From positions 4,456 to 68,455 of the forward strand of contig CAUTXA010000001.1 of the NCBI GenBank assembly GCA_963542585.1: a stretch of 64,000 nucleotides of DNA. Reading direction: 5' to 3'. A program made the translations under genes and the position numbers. This stretch comes from an uncultured Candidatus Saccharibacteria bacterium. Its GTDB lineage: Bacteria; Patescibacteriota; Saccharimonadia; Saccharimonadales; Saccharimonadaceae. Positions 49,824 to 58,709 of the stretch are shown here, in pieces (position 1 is the stretch's first letter; every line of letters starts with the position of its first letter). The notes under the pieces were generated by a model. That model ran no database searches. It saw nothing but the letters and a program-made list of their open reading frames with translations, and was not told the DNA's origin.

Positions 49824-51191
49824 GATCTGAATATCCAGCCCGAAGCTCCAATTCTGTACGTAATAAATATCCAGCTTCCGTCGTTGCTCCCAAGGTAAGT
49901 CTCGTCGACCGGATATCTGAGCTAATCCGGTGATACCGGACTTCACATTGAGGATCTTGTGCTTCTGCTCGTACCTGTTTAGCTCCTGGGGGATCAATGC
50001 TCGGGGTCCCACCAGTGATATATCACCCTTCAGTACGTTGAAGAGCTGAGGCAATTCGTCTAGAGAAAAACGACGCAGGTAACGACCGATCGGGGTAACC
50101 CTGGGGTCGTCATCGAGGAAGTCGCCATTAGCCCGATATTTCTCGATTAGCTCGGGCTTCCCCATTCGCTTGAAGGCCTGCTCGGGGGTGGTGCCGTCAT
50201 ACTTGGCGTACTGAGTCCGGAACTTATAGAGAGTGAAAAGCTGGTCGCCTCTAGTTAACCTCACCTGATGAAAGATAGCACTAACCTTGTGGTCAGTTAG
50301 CTTCTCGGCGATGAAGACTAAGAGAAAAACCGGCGACAAGATGATGATGGCGAAGAAGCTGGCGACGATATCAAATAGCCGCTTGATGATACGCCCCCAA
50401 CCGATCAGACGAGTAGGCTCGACGATCATGACCGGGATATCACCCATAAATAACTCAGTCTCCAAGTGGTCTGATAAATCGTTAACATCACTGGGGACGA
50501 ACATAAAGTCGATGTAGTGTTTCTGAGCAAAAGCCAGAATCTTGCTGTCTACTTTAGGTTTCTCGGTGGTAGTGACCTGGATGATGATATTGGGCAGGAA
50601 GTTGGCTACCGCCTCGTCGAAAGTCTTGTAATTAGTCCACTTTAATCGTCCATCACCGACTACGCCTTGCAAGTGATAGCTGCTACCCGGTCGCTTAATA
50701 TCTCTCACTAGCAATTTAGCTGTTTCATTGTCACCAACGATTAAGACATTAGGTAGCCCAATGTTGCTGCGGTTGCGTAGATAGCGTCCCAAGTAGAGCA
50801 ATCCCCGTACCAGCCCTAAGAGGACGATGGATATCGCTAGGCCATAGAGGGGGACTTTCTTAGCCGGGAAGACATGCTCAGCATAAAAATAGTCGATGAA
50901 GACCATGAAGATCATAGCTAGGAATGCCCCCAGCAGTAGGCGTCCAACGGTTGAGCTGGCGGTGCGACGTTGGCTGGTCTGATAGAGACCGATCACGCTG
51001 AAAATAATGATGATAAAGGGAACCAATAAGAGGAGAGACTGGAGATAAGTGTTAGCAGGAATGGAGTTGTGAATGGGTGTACCACTGATCTTAACTCGGA
51101 GGATAAAAGCGATACTATAGGCACTGACTACAGCTAGGGCATCGCCGATCATAAGTAAGATGGTAAAGACAAATGACGATCTGCCTCTCAT
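49776..51191 (-). CDS. Polyprenyl-phosphate sugar phosphotransferase (priming glycosyltransferase)
   Basis: IKRLFDI, YKFRT, DDPRVTPIGRYLRRFSLDELPQL.NVL.GD.SLVGPR, GITGLAQ; start reassigned to MRGRSS. Confidence 0.93.
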   Translation of the reverse strand: MRGRSSFVFTILLMIGDALAVVSAYSIAFILRVKISGTPIHNSIPANTYLQSLLLLVPFIIIIFSVIGLYQTSQRRTASSTVGRLLLGAFLAMIFMVFIDYFYAEHVFPAKKVPLYGLAISIVLLGLVRGLLYLGRYLRNRSNIGLPNVLIVGDNETAKLLVRDIKRPGSSYHLQGVVGDGRLKWTNYKTFDEAVANFLPNIIIQVTTTEKPKVDSKILAFAQKHYIDFMFVPSDVNDLSDHLETELFMGDIPVMIVEPTRLIGWGRIIKRLFDIVASFFAIIILSPVFLLVFIAEKLTDHKVSAIFHQVRLTRGDQLFTLYKFRTQYAKYDGTTPEQAFKRMGKPELIEKYRANGDFLDDDPRVTPIGRYLRRFSLDELPQLFNVLKGDISLVGPRALIPQELNRYEQKHKILNVKSGITGLAQISGRRDLPWEQRRKLDIYYVQNWSFGLDIQILFKTVRQVFTSRGAV

Positions 51192-51260
51192 ACCTATATA
51201 TCTTACCACATATAGCGTTGCACTGGTGGTGGCTAGTTTGCTAAAATGCTAGAGTTAAGT

Positions 51261-52892
51261 ATGGTAAAGCGAGTTAAGTCTATCGACGGGTTCGTGGTAC
51301 GACCTCGACCGGTTAGCCAACCGACTAGGAAGCCGGTCTCTAAGGCTTCTACTACCGGCGTTACTCCTCCCCGTCGGGTGCCTAATCGTCGTCCAGTGAT
51401 GACACCGGAAGATAAGTTACTGAGCGATATTGAGGACTCTCTGTCGCAAATTGGCGACTTGGACCTTGCTGACGAGATACCGGCACATCCGACCAGACGT
51501 CGTCAGCGTCAAATGCCGGATCAGCCCAAGCTTAAGCCGAAGCGTCACTTATCCAAGGGTAAGATAATTAAGAGGATCATTATCATTATCATCGTTGTCC
51601 TCTTGGGGATAGCCGGTTACTTAGGGGTGAAAGCACTGCTGGCCAGCGGTAAGATCTTTAAGGGCAATCCCCTAGCCATCTTTACCAATAAAGCTCGCTT
51701 AGCGGAAGATAAAAACGGTCGAACCAATATTCTGATCTTCGGTACCTCGGGCTACTCGATGAGCGAGAACGCTTGGGATGGAGCCATGCTAACCGATTCG
51801 ATCATGCTGGTATCCATCGACCAGGACAAGAATAACGCCTATATGATCAGCCTACCCCGAGACCTATATGTCAAGTACAAATGCCCGGCTCTCGGTCGTA
51901 CCTCAGGCAAGCTGAACGAGGTCTTTTACTGTGCCTATACTAAGAATAAGGATGAGAAAGCCGGGGCACAGGCACTGATGAGTAAGGTCAGTGAGATCTT
52001 AGGACTAAACGTTCATTACTATATGCATGCCGACTGGACGGCGCTAGTTCAGTCAGTTAATGCGGTTGGCGGAGTAGATGTCAAGATTGAGAGTACTGAT
52101 CGACGGGGTATCTATGACTCGGGGACGAAACTACGTTTTGCTAATGGTGAGATTGCTCACCTGGACGGTGAAAAGGCTCTGGCTCTGGCTCGAGCCCGCA
52201 ATCACAACCCGGGTGACTATGGCTTGGCCGGCAGTAACTATGACCGAGAGAAGAATCAACAAAAGATCCTAGCCGCCTTACAGCAGAAGGCTCTGGCGGT
52301 GGGGACGATCCTTAATCCCACCTCAGTGAATGGCTTGATTAATAGCATGGGTGATAATCTGATCTCTAGCTTTGACACCAGCCATGTCCAGACACTTATC
52401 GGCGTCGCCTCGAAGCTTAAGCTAGCTGAGATCAAACAGCTACCCTTTGTTGGACGGCAGGATGGTGGTGAGGATCTAATCCAATCTTACTCCAGTGGCG
52501 GAGCTTATGTCGGTGAGGTGCCGGTAGCCGGTGTATTCGACTACTCGGTGATCCAAGCCTATATCGCTAAAAATCTCAGCAAGAATCCGGTAGTACGGGA
52601 GGGTGCGGTGATAGATGTACTGAACGGCTCGGGGCAAGAAGGCTTAGCAGCCGGTAAGGCAGCCGGGTTAAAGACTGATGGCTATACTGTCGGGGTAATC
52701 TCTAATGCGCCGACTCTAGCTACACCGGCGGTGACGATTTACCAGCTGAATAGTGCCATGGTCAAGACAGCCGAAGCACTCAAGCATAAATACAATGTTG
52801 AGCCGGTTCAGGGTGGGCTAGCCGGTTATCATACCAAGTCAGACTTCGTCATCGTTTATGGTGCCGGCTCGGCTACTACTGGTAGTCGTTAG
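51261..52892 (+). CDS. LCP (LytR-CpsA-Psr) glycopolymer transferase with LytR_C domain
   Basis: TNILIFG, LTDSIM, SLPRDLYV, AL.LARAR, DREKNQQK, C-terminal VLNGSG..GLA. Confidence 0.9.
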   Translation: MVKRVKSIDGFVVRPRPVSQPTRKPVSKASTTGVTPPRRVPNRRPVMTPEDKLLSDIEDSLSQIGDLDLADEIPAHPTRRRQRQMPDQPKLKPKRHLSKGKIIKRIIIIIIVVLLGIAGYLGVKALLASGKIFKGNPLAIFTNKARLAEDKNGRTNILIFGTSGYSMSENAWDGAMLTDSIMLVSIDQDKNNAYMISLPRDLYVKYKCPALGRTSGKLNEVFYCAYTKNKDEKAGAQALMSKVSEILGLNVHYYMHADWTALVQSVNAVGGVDVKIESTDRRGIYDSGTKLRFANGEIAHLDGEKALALARARNHNPGDYGLAGSNYDREKNQQKILAALQQKALAVGTILNPTSVNGLINSMGDNLISSFDTSHVQTLIGVASKLKLAEIKQLPFVGRQDGGEDLIQSYSSGGAYVGEVPVAGVFDYSVIQAYIAKNLSKNPVVREGAVIDVLNGSGQEGLAAGKAAGLKTDGYTVGVISNAPTLATPAVTIYQLNSAMVKTAEALKHKYNVEPVQGGLAGYHTKSDFVIVYGAGSATTGSR

Positions 52893-53569
52893 ATCTTACT
52901 AACGGCCAGGTAGTTAATTTTCTTACCTTCGGCCAGATAGCGTTCTTCGTAGGTGGTCTTGACGGTAGCGTCACCGGTTATCTTATCGCCGTATAGATCA
53001 TGACTTATCCGGTCAATCTGCCACTTTTCCGCAGTGAACTGCTGAACCGACCAGTCAAATAAGTTGTCGTTATCGGTCTTCAGCTTGAGTCGACCATTAG
53101 GTGTCAGTAGCTGATGATAGCTGAGGAGGTGTTGCCGGTTAGTCAGGCGATGCTTGATATTTGATTCTTGTGGCCAGGGGTCAGGGAAGGTTAGCCAGAT
53201 TGTTTGGATCAGCTGATCGGGCAGGAGGCGTCGGAGATTATCAGCATTTGACCAGAGATAGAGGATATTAGTAAGCTTTGACTCATTAGCTAACTTAGCG
53301 CCACGGTATAGCCGATCACTCTTACGGTCTAGAGCGATAAACTGCCGTTCGGGATGAGCCTCGGCAAGCTTAGTCGGAAACAGTCCATCGCCGGCACCAA
53401 CCTCCAGGGTGACCGGTAGTGAGTTGTGCAGGATAAACTGCTTGGCTTCCTGCCACTTGGTCTCGCTATAACAATTAGCCAGTCTCGCAAAAGAGGCGAA
53501 CTTATATAGTTTACGCTTCCTAGTGATGATATAGTTGTCAGGCTCTAGAGAGGGATCGATATTCATCAT
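52889..53569 (-). CDS. trmB: tRNA (guanine-N7)-methyltransferase
   Basis: LEVGAGDG, FPDPWP, HRLT, LKTDN..LF, TTYEERY. Confidence 0.93.
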   Translation of the reverse strand: MMNIDPSLEPDNYIITRKRKLYKFASFARLANCYSETKWQEAKQFILHNSLPVTLEVGAGDGLFPTKLAEAHPERQFIALDRKSDRLYRGAKLANESKLTNILYLWSNADNLRRLLPDQLIQTIWLTFPDPWPQESNIKHRLTNRQHLLSYHQLLTPNGRLKLKTDNDNLFDWSVQQFTAEKWQIDRISHDLYGDKITGDATVKTTYEERYLAEGKKINYLAVSKI

Positions 53570-54435
53570 CCCTCAAGGTCGGCGATCGAGATATCGGACT
53601 TCTGTAGATTAGAGACTAGACGTTTGCGAAACTCAGCACTAACCTTCCACTGGTAGCCGGGCATGGTAGTGCCGCTGACGGTCACATTGATGCCTTCTTT
53701 ACCAATCGTACCGAACTCGTCGTAATGTGGAGCGTCGACGATGGCTTTACTCCAGGTGCGATCACGAGCCATGTCCTCCCCCGTCTGATTAACCACTTTG
53801 ATAATATCGTCAACATTAGTGCCGACATCGACGGCAAAGGTGAAACGAAACTTAGAGTAGCCTAACGTACGGTTAATGACCTCGGTGATAGAGCCGTTAG
53901 GGACGATATGAACATTGCCGTCCCGATCCCTCAGAGTAGTCTTGCGCAGGGTGATAGATCGAACCGTTCCCTCGACCGGGATGCTGGGGAAGCCGACCCC
54001 AGACAGGCGCACCACATCGTCAACCCGATACTGGTTTTCCAGTACGATCAAGAATCCGGCCAGCATATCTTTGACGACCGCCTGAGCACCAAAGCCGAGT
54101 GCCACGCCGATCACTCCGGCTGAAGCGATGACCGGCGCCAGGTTAATCCCCATATCGGTTAAGACGGTGTAGATAGCCGTCAGAATGATCATTAGCTTGA
54201 TGATAAAAGAGAAGAGATCGGCTAGAGTCTTGGCTCGTTTTTGTCGCTCAATCTTATTTAGATTTGTCTCATATCGCTGTGCCTTAACGAAGCGGTTGAT
54301 GATGGTGTGAGCCAGAGGTCGAGTTGCTTTACATAACAGATAAGCGACGACAATTGTCACTAGGATCTGAACCGAGTTTAGATCATTAAACCACTTGATC
54401 AAGCTATGCGCATAGTGAGCAATCATCTCATCCAT
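53566..54435 (-). CDS. mscS: Small-conductance mechanosensitive channel
   Basis: ASAGVIGVALGFGAQ..VKD..AG....ENQYRV.D, G.V..ITLR.T, IVPNG. Confidence 0.9.
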   Translation of the reverse strand: MDEMIAHYAHSLIKWFNDLNSVQILVTIVVAYLLCKATRPLAHTIINRFVKAQRYETNLNKIERQKRAKTLADLFSFIIKLMIILTAIYTVLTDMGINLAPVIASAGVIGVALGFGAQAVVKDMLAGFLIVLENQYRVDDVVRLSGVGFPSIPVEGTVRSITLRKTTLRDRDGNVHIVPNGSITEVINRTLGYSKFRFTFAVDVGTNVDDIIKVVNQTGEDMARDRTWSKAIVDAPHYDEFGTIGKEGINVTVSGTTMPGYQWKVSAEFRKRLVSNLQKSDISIADLEG

Positions 54436-54458
54436 GGCTATATTGTAGCAGAGATTAG

Positions 54459-55064
54459 CTAGTTGTCATCCGACCTGACTTGGCTCGGGCTGGGAGTCGG
54501 TTTCTTGCGGAAGGGATTGTCCAGTTTGGGGTCAAGGAAGTGTGAACCCTCGCTACCGGGCGAAGCTTGTTTCTGCTGGACTGTGGGAGCCTTGACGATA
54601 ATTCGCTTTGGCTCAATCTTGATTATTTGCTGGCGGTTAATCACTACATTAGCCACTAAGAACCTTTGTAGTAGGGTCGGCTTGACGTAGAGTTGGCGAA
54701 TCATAAAATTAACCGGGTCGACGGTAAAGCTATCTACTTTGCCTATCTTCTGGTGATGATCGTCTGATACGGGCAGCCCTGTGAGGAGAAAGTTGTAGTT
54801 AATCACTTCCAGCAGGCGCACCATCCCCTCGGGCGACAGGACATTGTCTGACGAATCAACGATGGCGCCGATCTCGCCAAACTCTCGGATATCGTCGGTG
54901 AAGACTACGGCCGGCTTGAAATCTACTTTTGGACCACTGACGTAGAAGGCAACGATCCGTAGATTACGGGGGTTGATGATCGGGCTATCGAGACGGGCTA
55001 GGGGCTGCCCGGTCTGCAGACTCATCACCGGCGCCCCAATCAGATGATTAATCCCTACTAGCAT
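54459..55064 (-). CDS. PRC-barrel-like protein
   Basis: PVMSLQTG..., DIREFG.IG.IVDS, G.V..F.VD; two PRC-like repeats. Confidence 0.7.
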   Translation of the reverse strand: MLVGINHLIGAPVMSLQTGQPLARLDSPIINPRNLRIVAFYVSGPKVDFKPAVVFTDDIREFGEIGAIVDSSDNVLSPEGMVRLLEVINYNFLLTGLPVSDDHHQKIGKVDSFTVDPVNFMIRQLYVKPTLLQRFLVANVVINRQQIIKIEPKRIIVKAPTVQQKQASPGSEGSHFLDPKLDNPFRKKPTPSPSQVRSDDN

Positions 55065-55169
55065 ATTAGATATATTTTAGCATAAGAGTTATGAGGTGTT
55101 TTATCACCTAACCCAATGTGGTTATGTCAAGCGAGGTCACTATCTACTCCCATCTAACTATAATGGGTC

Positions 55170-55178
55170 TGATATAAT
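55170..55178 (+). promoter_or_regulatory. Extended -10 promoter of the His leader
   Basis: TGATATAAT, 6 nt before ATG 55185. Confidence 0.75.
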
Positions 55179-55184
55179 AGCTAT

Positions 55185-55229
55185 ATGACGAGATTATTCC
55201 TGCAGCATCATCACCACTTCCATAATTAA
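55185..55229 (+). CDS. Histidine-rich attenuator leader peptide MTRLFLQHHHHFHN (absent from the ORF track)
   Basis: ATG ACG AGA TTA TTC CTG CAG CAT CAT CAC CAC TTC CAT AAT TAA; five His codons; resembles enterobacterial HisL (MTRVQFKHHHHHHHPD). Confidence 0.85.
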   Translation: MTRLFLQHHHHFHN

Positions 55230-55274
55230 GCAGGAGTTTATTGTTGCTACTTTGCCTCCTGCGGGAGGCTTTTT
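55196..55274 (+). promoter_or_regulatory. Ribosome-dependent transcription attenuator
   Basis: 1:2 ATTCCTGC(55196-203)/GCAGGAGT(55230-237); 2:3 GCAGGAG/CTCCTGC(55256-262); 3:4 terminator GCCTCC-tgcg-GGAGGC (55254-269) plus T5. Confidence 0.85.
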
Positions 55275-55304
55275 GATTGATGAGATTTAAGGAAGGAAAT
55301 GTGT

Positions 55305-56318
55305 ATGATACCGGATAAATTAAAACCAGGCGACGAAGTAAGGATAGTTGCACCCGCACGCTCAGCGAGTGATATTAGTAAGGTGACTCTACGGCGAGCT
55401 CAGTCAACACTAGAGTCAATTGGATTAAAAGTTACATTTAGCGACAATGCTTTCTCGCAAAATCAGCGGGGCTGCCCGACGGACGAAGAAAAGGTCAAAG
55501 ATTTAGAAGAAGCATTTACTGATAATAATGTAAAGTGTATCTTATCAGCTATTGGTGGCTTCAATTCAAATCAGTTGCTCAATAAAATCAACTGGCAAAT
55601 TATTAAGGATAGCCCAAAGATCTTTGGCGGGTTCTCTGATATTACTATCTTAAATCATGCGATTCTGGCAAAAACCGGGTTAATAACTTATGCAACGCCA
55701 AATTTCTATTGTTTTGGTTTGCCGCTGGAGTCCGACTATTCATTGAAATATTTCCAGCGGTGCTTACTGACAGACAATCCTGATTCTTATGAAGTACAGC
55801 CAACAAAACGTTGGTACGACTTTTCGTGGAACAACGACGAGAGTTTACCACAACTAATATGGAAAAATAGTGGACCACGTATCGTACAAGGTGGGTCGGC
55901 TATAGGAACGATAATTGGCGGTAATCTCTGTAGTCTGAACTTACTGAACGGTACAGAGTATTCCCCAAAAATTAAAGGTAACATCATCCTATGTATAGAA
56001 GATGATAGTTATGACTCGATCCCTGAAACATTTGAACGAAATGTTCAATCTCTGATGCAACAGCCGTATTTTCACCAAGTCAGAGCAATCTTGATCGGTC
56101 GTTTCCAGGGTAAGTCTCAAGCGACGGAAGATGTGGTCGGTGATATTATTCTTTCTAAGAACATTAGCCCAAACATTCCGATAATTGCCGGTCTCGACTT
56201 TGGTCATACCGATCCAAAGTTCACTTATCCGGTCGGTGGCTACTGTCACATTGTGGCAGAAGATGATAGTGCTAAGGTTGTCATTTATTGTGATGATAAA
56301 AGTGTATTAGATGAGTAA
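55305..56318 (+). CDS. S66 peptidase family protein (MccF/LD-carboxypeptidase-like)
   Basis: P.KLKPGDEVRIVAPA, IGGFNSNQLL, GFSDIT (Ser), GGNL, CIED (Glu), DFGHTDP (His); SD AAGGAAGG. Confidence 0.92.
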   Translation: MIPDKLKPGDEVRIVAPARSASDISKVTLRRAQSTLESIGLKVTFSDNAFSQNQRGCPTDEEKVKDLEEAFTDNNVKCILSAIGGFNSNQLLNKINWQIIKDSPKIFGGFSDITILNHAILAKTGLITYATPNFYCFGLPLESDYSLKYFQRCLLTDNPDSYEVQPTKRWYDFSWNNDESLPQLIWKNSGPRIVQGGSAIGTIIGGNLCSLNLLNGTEYSPKIKGNIILCIEDDSYDSIPETFERNVQSLMQQPYFHQVRAILIGRFQGKSQATEDVVGDIILSKNISPNIPIIAGLDFGHTDPKFTYPVGGYCHIVAEDDSAKVVIYCDDKSVLDE

Positions 56319-56409
56319 GTCGGTCGCATACTAGGTGTCTACGGCTTCTTGTTATGATTCGGGGATGATACTAATAATTTAATCCAGTGAGGATAATGTT
56401 ATATCCTGC

Positions 56410-57036
56410 TCACTTACTTACTTGTGAATCTTGTTCGTGATACCGCTCAATCGCTTTGTTGATGTCGTCGTATCTGAAGCCGGCTCTAGCTAGATAGGCT
56501 TTGAGTTTGTTGATATCATCGTAGTGATGATACTTCTTGGCGACCAGATTAGCCAAGGCATCACTATCGTCAGCCATGCCGGCTTCCTCGTCTAAGACTT
56601 GCTGAATAATCCGGTGACTAATACCCTTATTGATCAGATCTCGCTCGATTCGGCGACGGGAATATTTCCGGGTAGACCGGCGAGATCGAACGAAAGCCCG
56701 AGCGAAAACCGAATCATTCAGGTAGCCTCTATCGTATAGACGGGCAACGACTCGCTCGGTATTATCCTTGCTCCACTGTTTGCGTCCGGCATAATCTCGG
56801 ATCTCACGCTCAGAGCGGAGTCGTCGGCTGATCAGATCGACTGCCCTGATGTAATTCTTACCAAAGTCCGACTCAGCCTGAAGCTCAGCCAGTTTAGTCT
56901 CGTCGATCTCCTGTCCACTATGGAGGCTATGCTGGACCAGCTGAAACTCGTCTAAGCTAAAGCTGTAATGACCGTCGACGAAGATATTATAGCGACCGGC
57001 AGTTCCGGCGGCTGGGGCGACCTTGGTGATGCGCAT
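56410..57036 (-). CDS. recX: Regulatory protein RecX
   Basis: RYNIFVDG.YSFSLD, RLRSEREIRDY, GYLND..FA, YLARAGF.YD; downstream of recA. Confidence 0.9.
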   Translation of the reverse strand: MRITKVAPAAGTAGRYNIFVDGHYSFSLDEFQLVQHSLHSGQEIDETKLAELQAESDFGKNYIRAVDLISRRLRSEREIRDYAGRKQWSKDNTERVVARLYDRGYLNDSVFARAFVRSRRSTRKYSRRRIERDLINKGISHRIIQQVLDEEAGMADDSDALANLVAKKYHHYDDINKLKAYLARAGFRYDDINKAIERYHEQDSQVSK

Positions 57037-57049
57037 AGGCCAGGTAAGC

Positions 57050-58087
57050 TCAGAGATTCTCTTTGTCGGCGACTGATTGGCGAACTTTGCCGTCAATCTC
57101 GGCTAATTTATCGGGGTTGTCTTTAAGATATTTTTTAGCTGCCTCACGACCTTGCCCAATCGTCTCGTCATTATATTTATAAAAAGCACCCGACTTCTGA
57201 ACGATATCGTGCATGACTGCCAAGTCTAAAACATCACCGGTGGTAGAAATGCCTTCGTTATACATGATGTCAAACTCTGCCTGGCGAAATGGCGGGGCAA
57301 TCTTGTTTTTGACGATTTTGACCCTGACTCGGTTGCCGATCACGTCGTCGCCCTGCTTGATCTGACCGATCCGACGGATATCGAGGCGTTGTGAGGCGTA
57401 GAACTTGAGGGCATTACCGCCGGTGGTTGTCTCGGGATTGCCAAACATGACGCCGATCTTCATCCGAATCTGGTTGATGAAGATGACCGTTGCCTTACTC
57501 TTATTGATGATGCCGGTTAACTTGCGGAGAGCTTGCGACATTAATCGAGCCTGGAGTCCGGGCAGGCTATCACCCATATCACCGTCAATTTCCGCCTGAG
57601 GTACTAGAGCGGCGACGCTATCCAGCACTATCACATCGACGGCGTTGGAACGAACCAAAGTCTCGACTATCTCTAGAGCTTGTTCGCCATTGTCGGGTTG
57701 GCTGACCAGTAGGTCGTTAATATTGACGCCCAGGCGACCGGCGTATTGTGGGTCAAGAGCATGCTCGGCGTCGATGAAAGCGGCGGTACCACCGGCTTTC
57801 TGAATCTCAGCTACGGCATGCAGGGCTAGGGTAGTTTTGCCGGACGACTCAGGGCCATATATCTCAATAATGCGCCCTCTGGGATAGCCACCACCTAGGG
57901 CTAAGTCTAGCGACAGAGTGCCTGATGGTGAGGTTTCGACATTGATCTTATAGGCGTCACCTAGCTTCATGATTGAGCCATCGCCGAATTGCTTGCTAAT
58001 CTGACTAACGGCTAGATCCAGCGCCTCCTTCCTACCGCTATCGTCGGCTGATTTCTTTGCCATCGTCTTACTTTCCTTCTTCGCCAT
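57050..58087 (-). CDS. recA: Recombinase A
   Basis: [50 protein letters not shown]. Confidence 0.99.
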   Translation of the reverse strand: MAKKESKTMAKKSADDSGRKEALDLAVSQISKQFGDGSIMKLGDAYKINVETSPSGTLSLDLALGGGYPRGRIIEIYGPESSGKTTLALHAVAEIQKAGGTAAFIDAEHALDPQYAGRLGVNINDLLVSQPDNGEQALEIVETLVRSNAVDVIVLDSVAALVPQAEIDGDMGDSLPGLQARLMSQALRKLTGIINKSKATVIFINQIRMKIGVMFGNPETTTGGNALKFYASQRLDIRRIGQIKQGDDVIGNRVRVKIVKNKIAPPFRQAEFDIMYNEGISTTGDVLDLAVMHDIVQKSGAFYKYNDETIGQGREAAKKYLKDNPDKLAEIDGKVRQSVADKENL

Positions 58088-58144
58088 CTATCCTCCTCTA
58101 GTAATTAATTAAATTATAGCATGGCCTCGTGGTAAAATATGACC

Positions 58145-58528
58145 ATGTATCTGGCACTAAAGACTGACCAAGCCGAAGTGGAGTTATATCTACTGGCTAG
58201 TGATGGTGAAATAGCGAAGCAAAAGATCTGGCTGGCTGATCGGGAACTGGCCCGGGATCTGCCGGGTGAGATAGACGCTTTGCTCGGTGGTAAATACGAG
58301 GAATTAAAAGGAATAATTGTCTTTAAGGGGCCGGGATCTTTTACTGGACTACGGATCGGAGCTGCTGTAGCTAATGCCATCGCCTATGCTCAGCAGATTA
58401 ATATAGTAGGTACTACCGGGGATGAATGGCGAGCTGGTGGGGTTAGACGCTTACGAGCAGGTGATAACGACAAAATCGTCCTACCGACTTATGGGGCGAG
58501 ACCGCACATCACTTCAGCAAAGAAATAA
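58145..58528 (+). CDS. tsaB: tRNA threonylcarbamoyladenosine biosynthesis protein TsaB (short form)
   Basis: GPGSFTGLRIG..VANA and P.YGARPHIT; ATG 58145 lies 6 nt after TGGTAAAAT. Confidence 0.88.
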   Translation: MYLALKTDQAEVELYLLASDGEIAKQKIWLADRELARDLPGEIDALLGGKYEELKGIIVFKGPGSFTGLRIGAAVANAIAYAQQINIVGTTGDEWRAGGVRRLRAGDNDKIVLPTYGARPHITSAKK

Positions 58529-58709
58529 ATAGCGATCAGCCTACCTTAGCTAAAATATTCGTTGACTAATTTGATTTAGGCAGCTAAAGAACCCGGTCTG
58601 CCGAACCATGTATGCTACAATTAACGTAGGTAGACTTTTTACCGCATGAACTAAGTGATTAAATCTGATGTATATTTCTAGCCTTGGCTAGAACCGGAAA
58701 GGAAGCAAT

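Noticed and set aside
55144..55359. 71-aa minus-strand ORF
   Set aside because: It is antisense to the His attenuator and S66 start and has no recognisable protein features.
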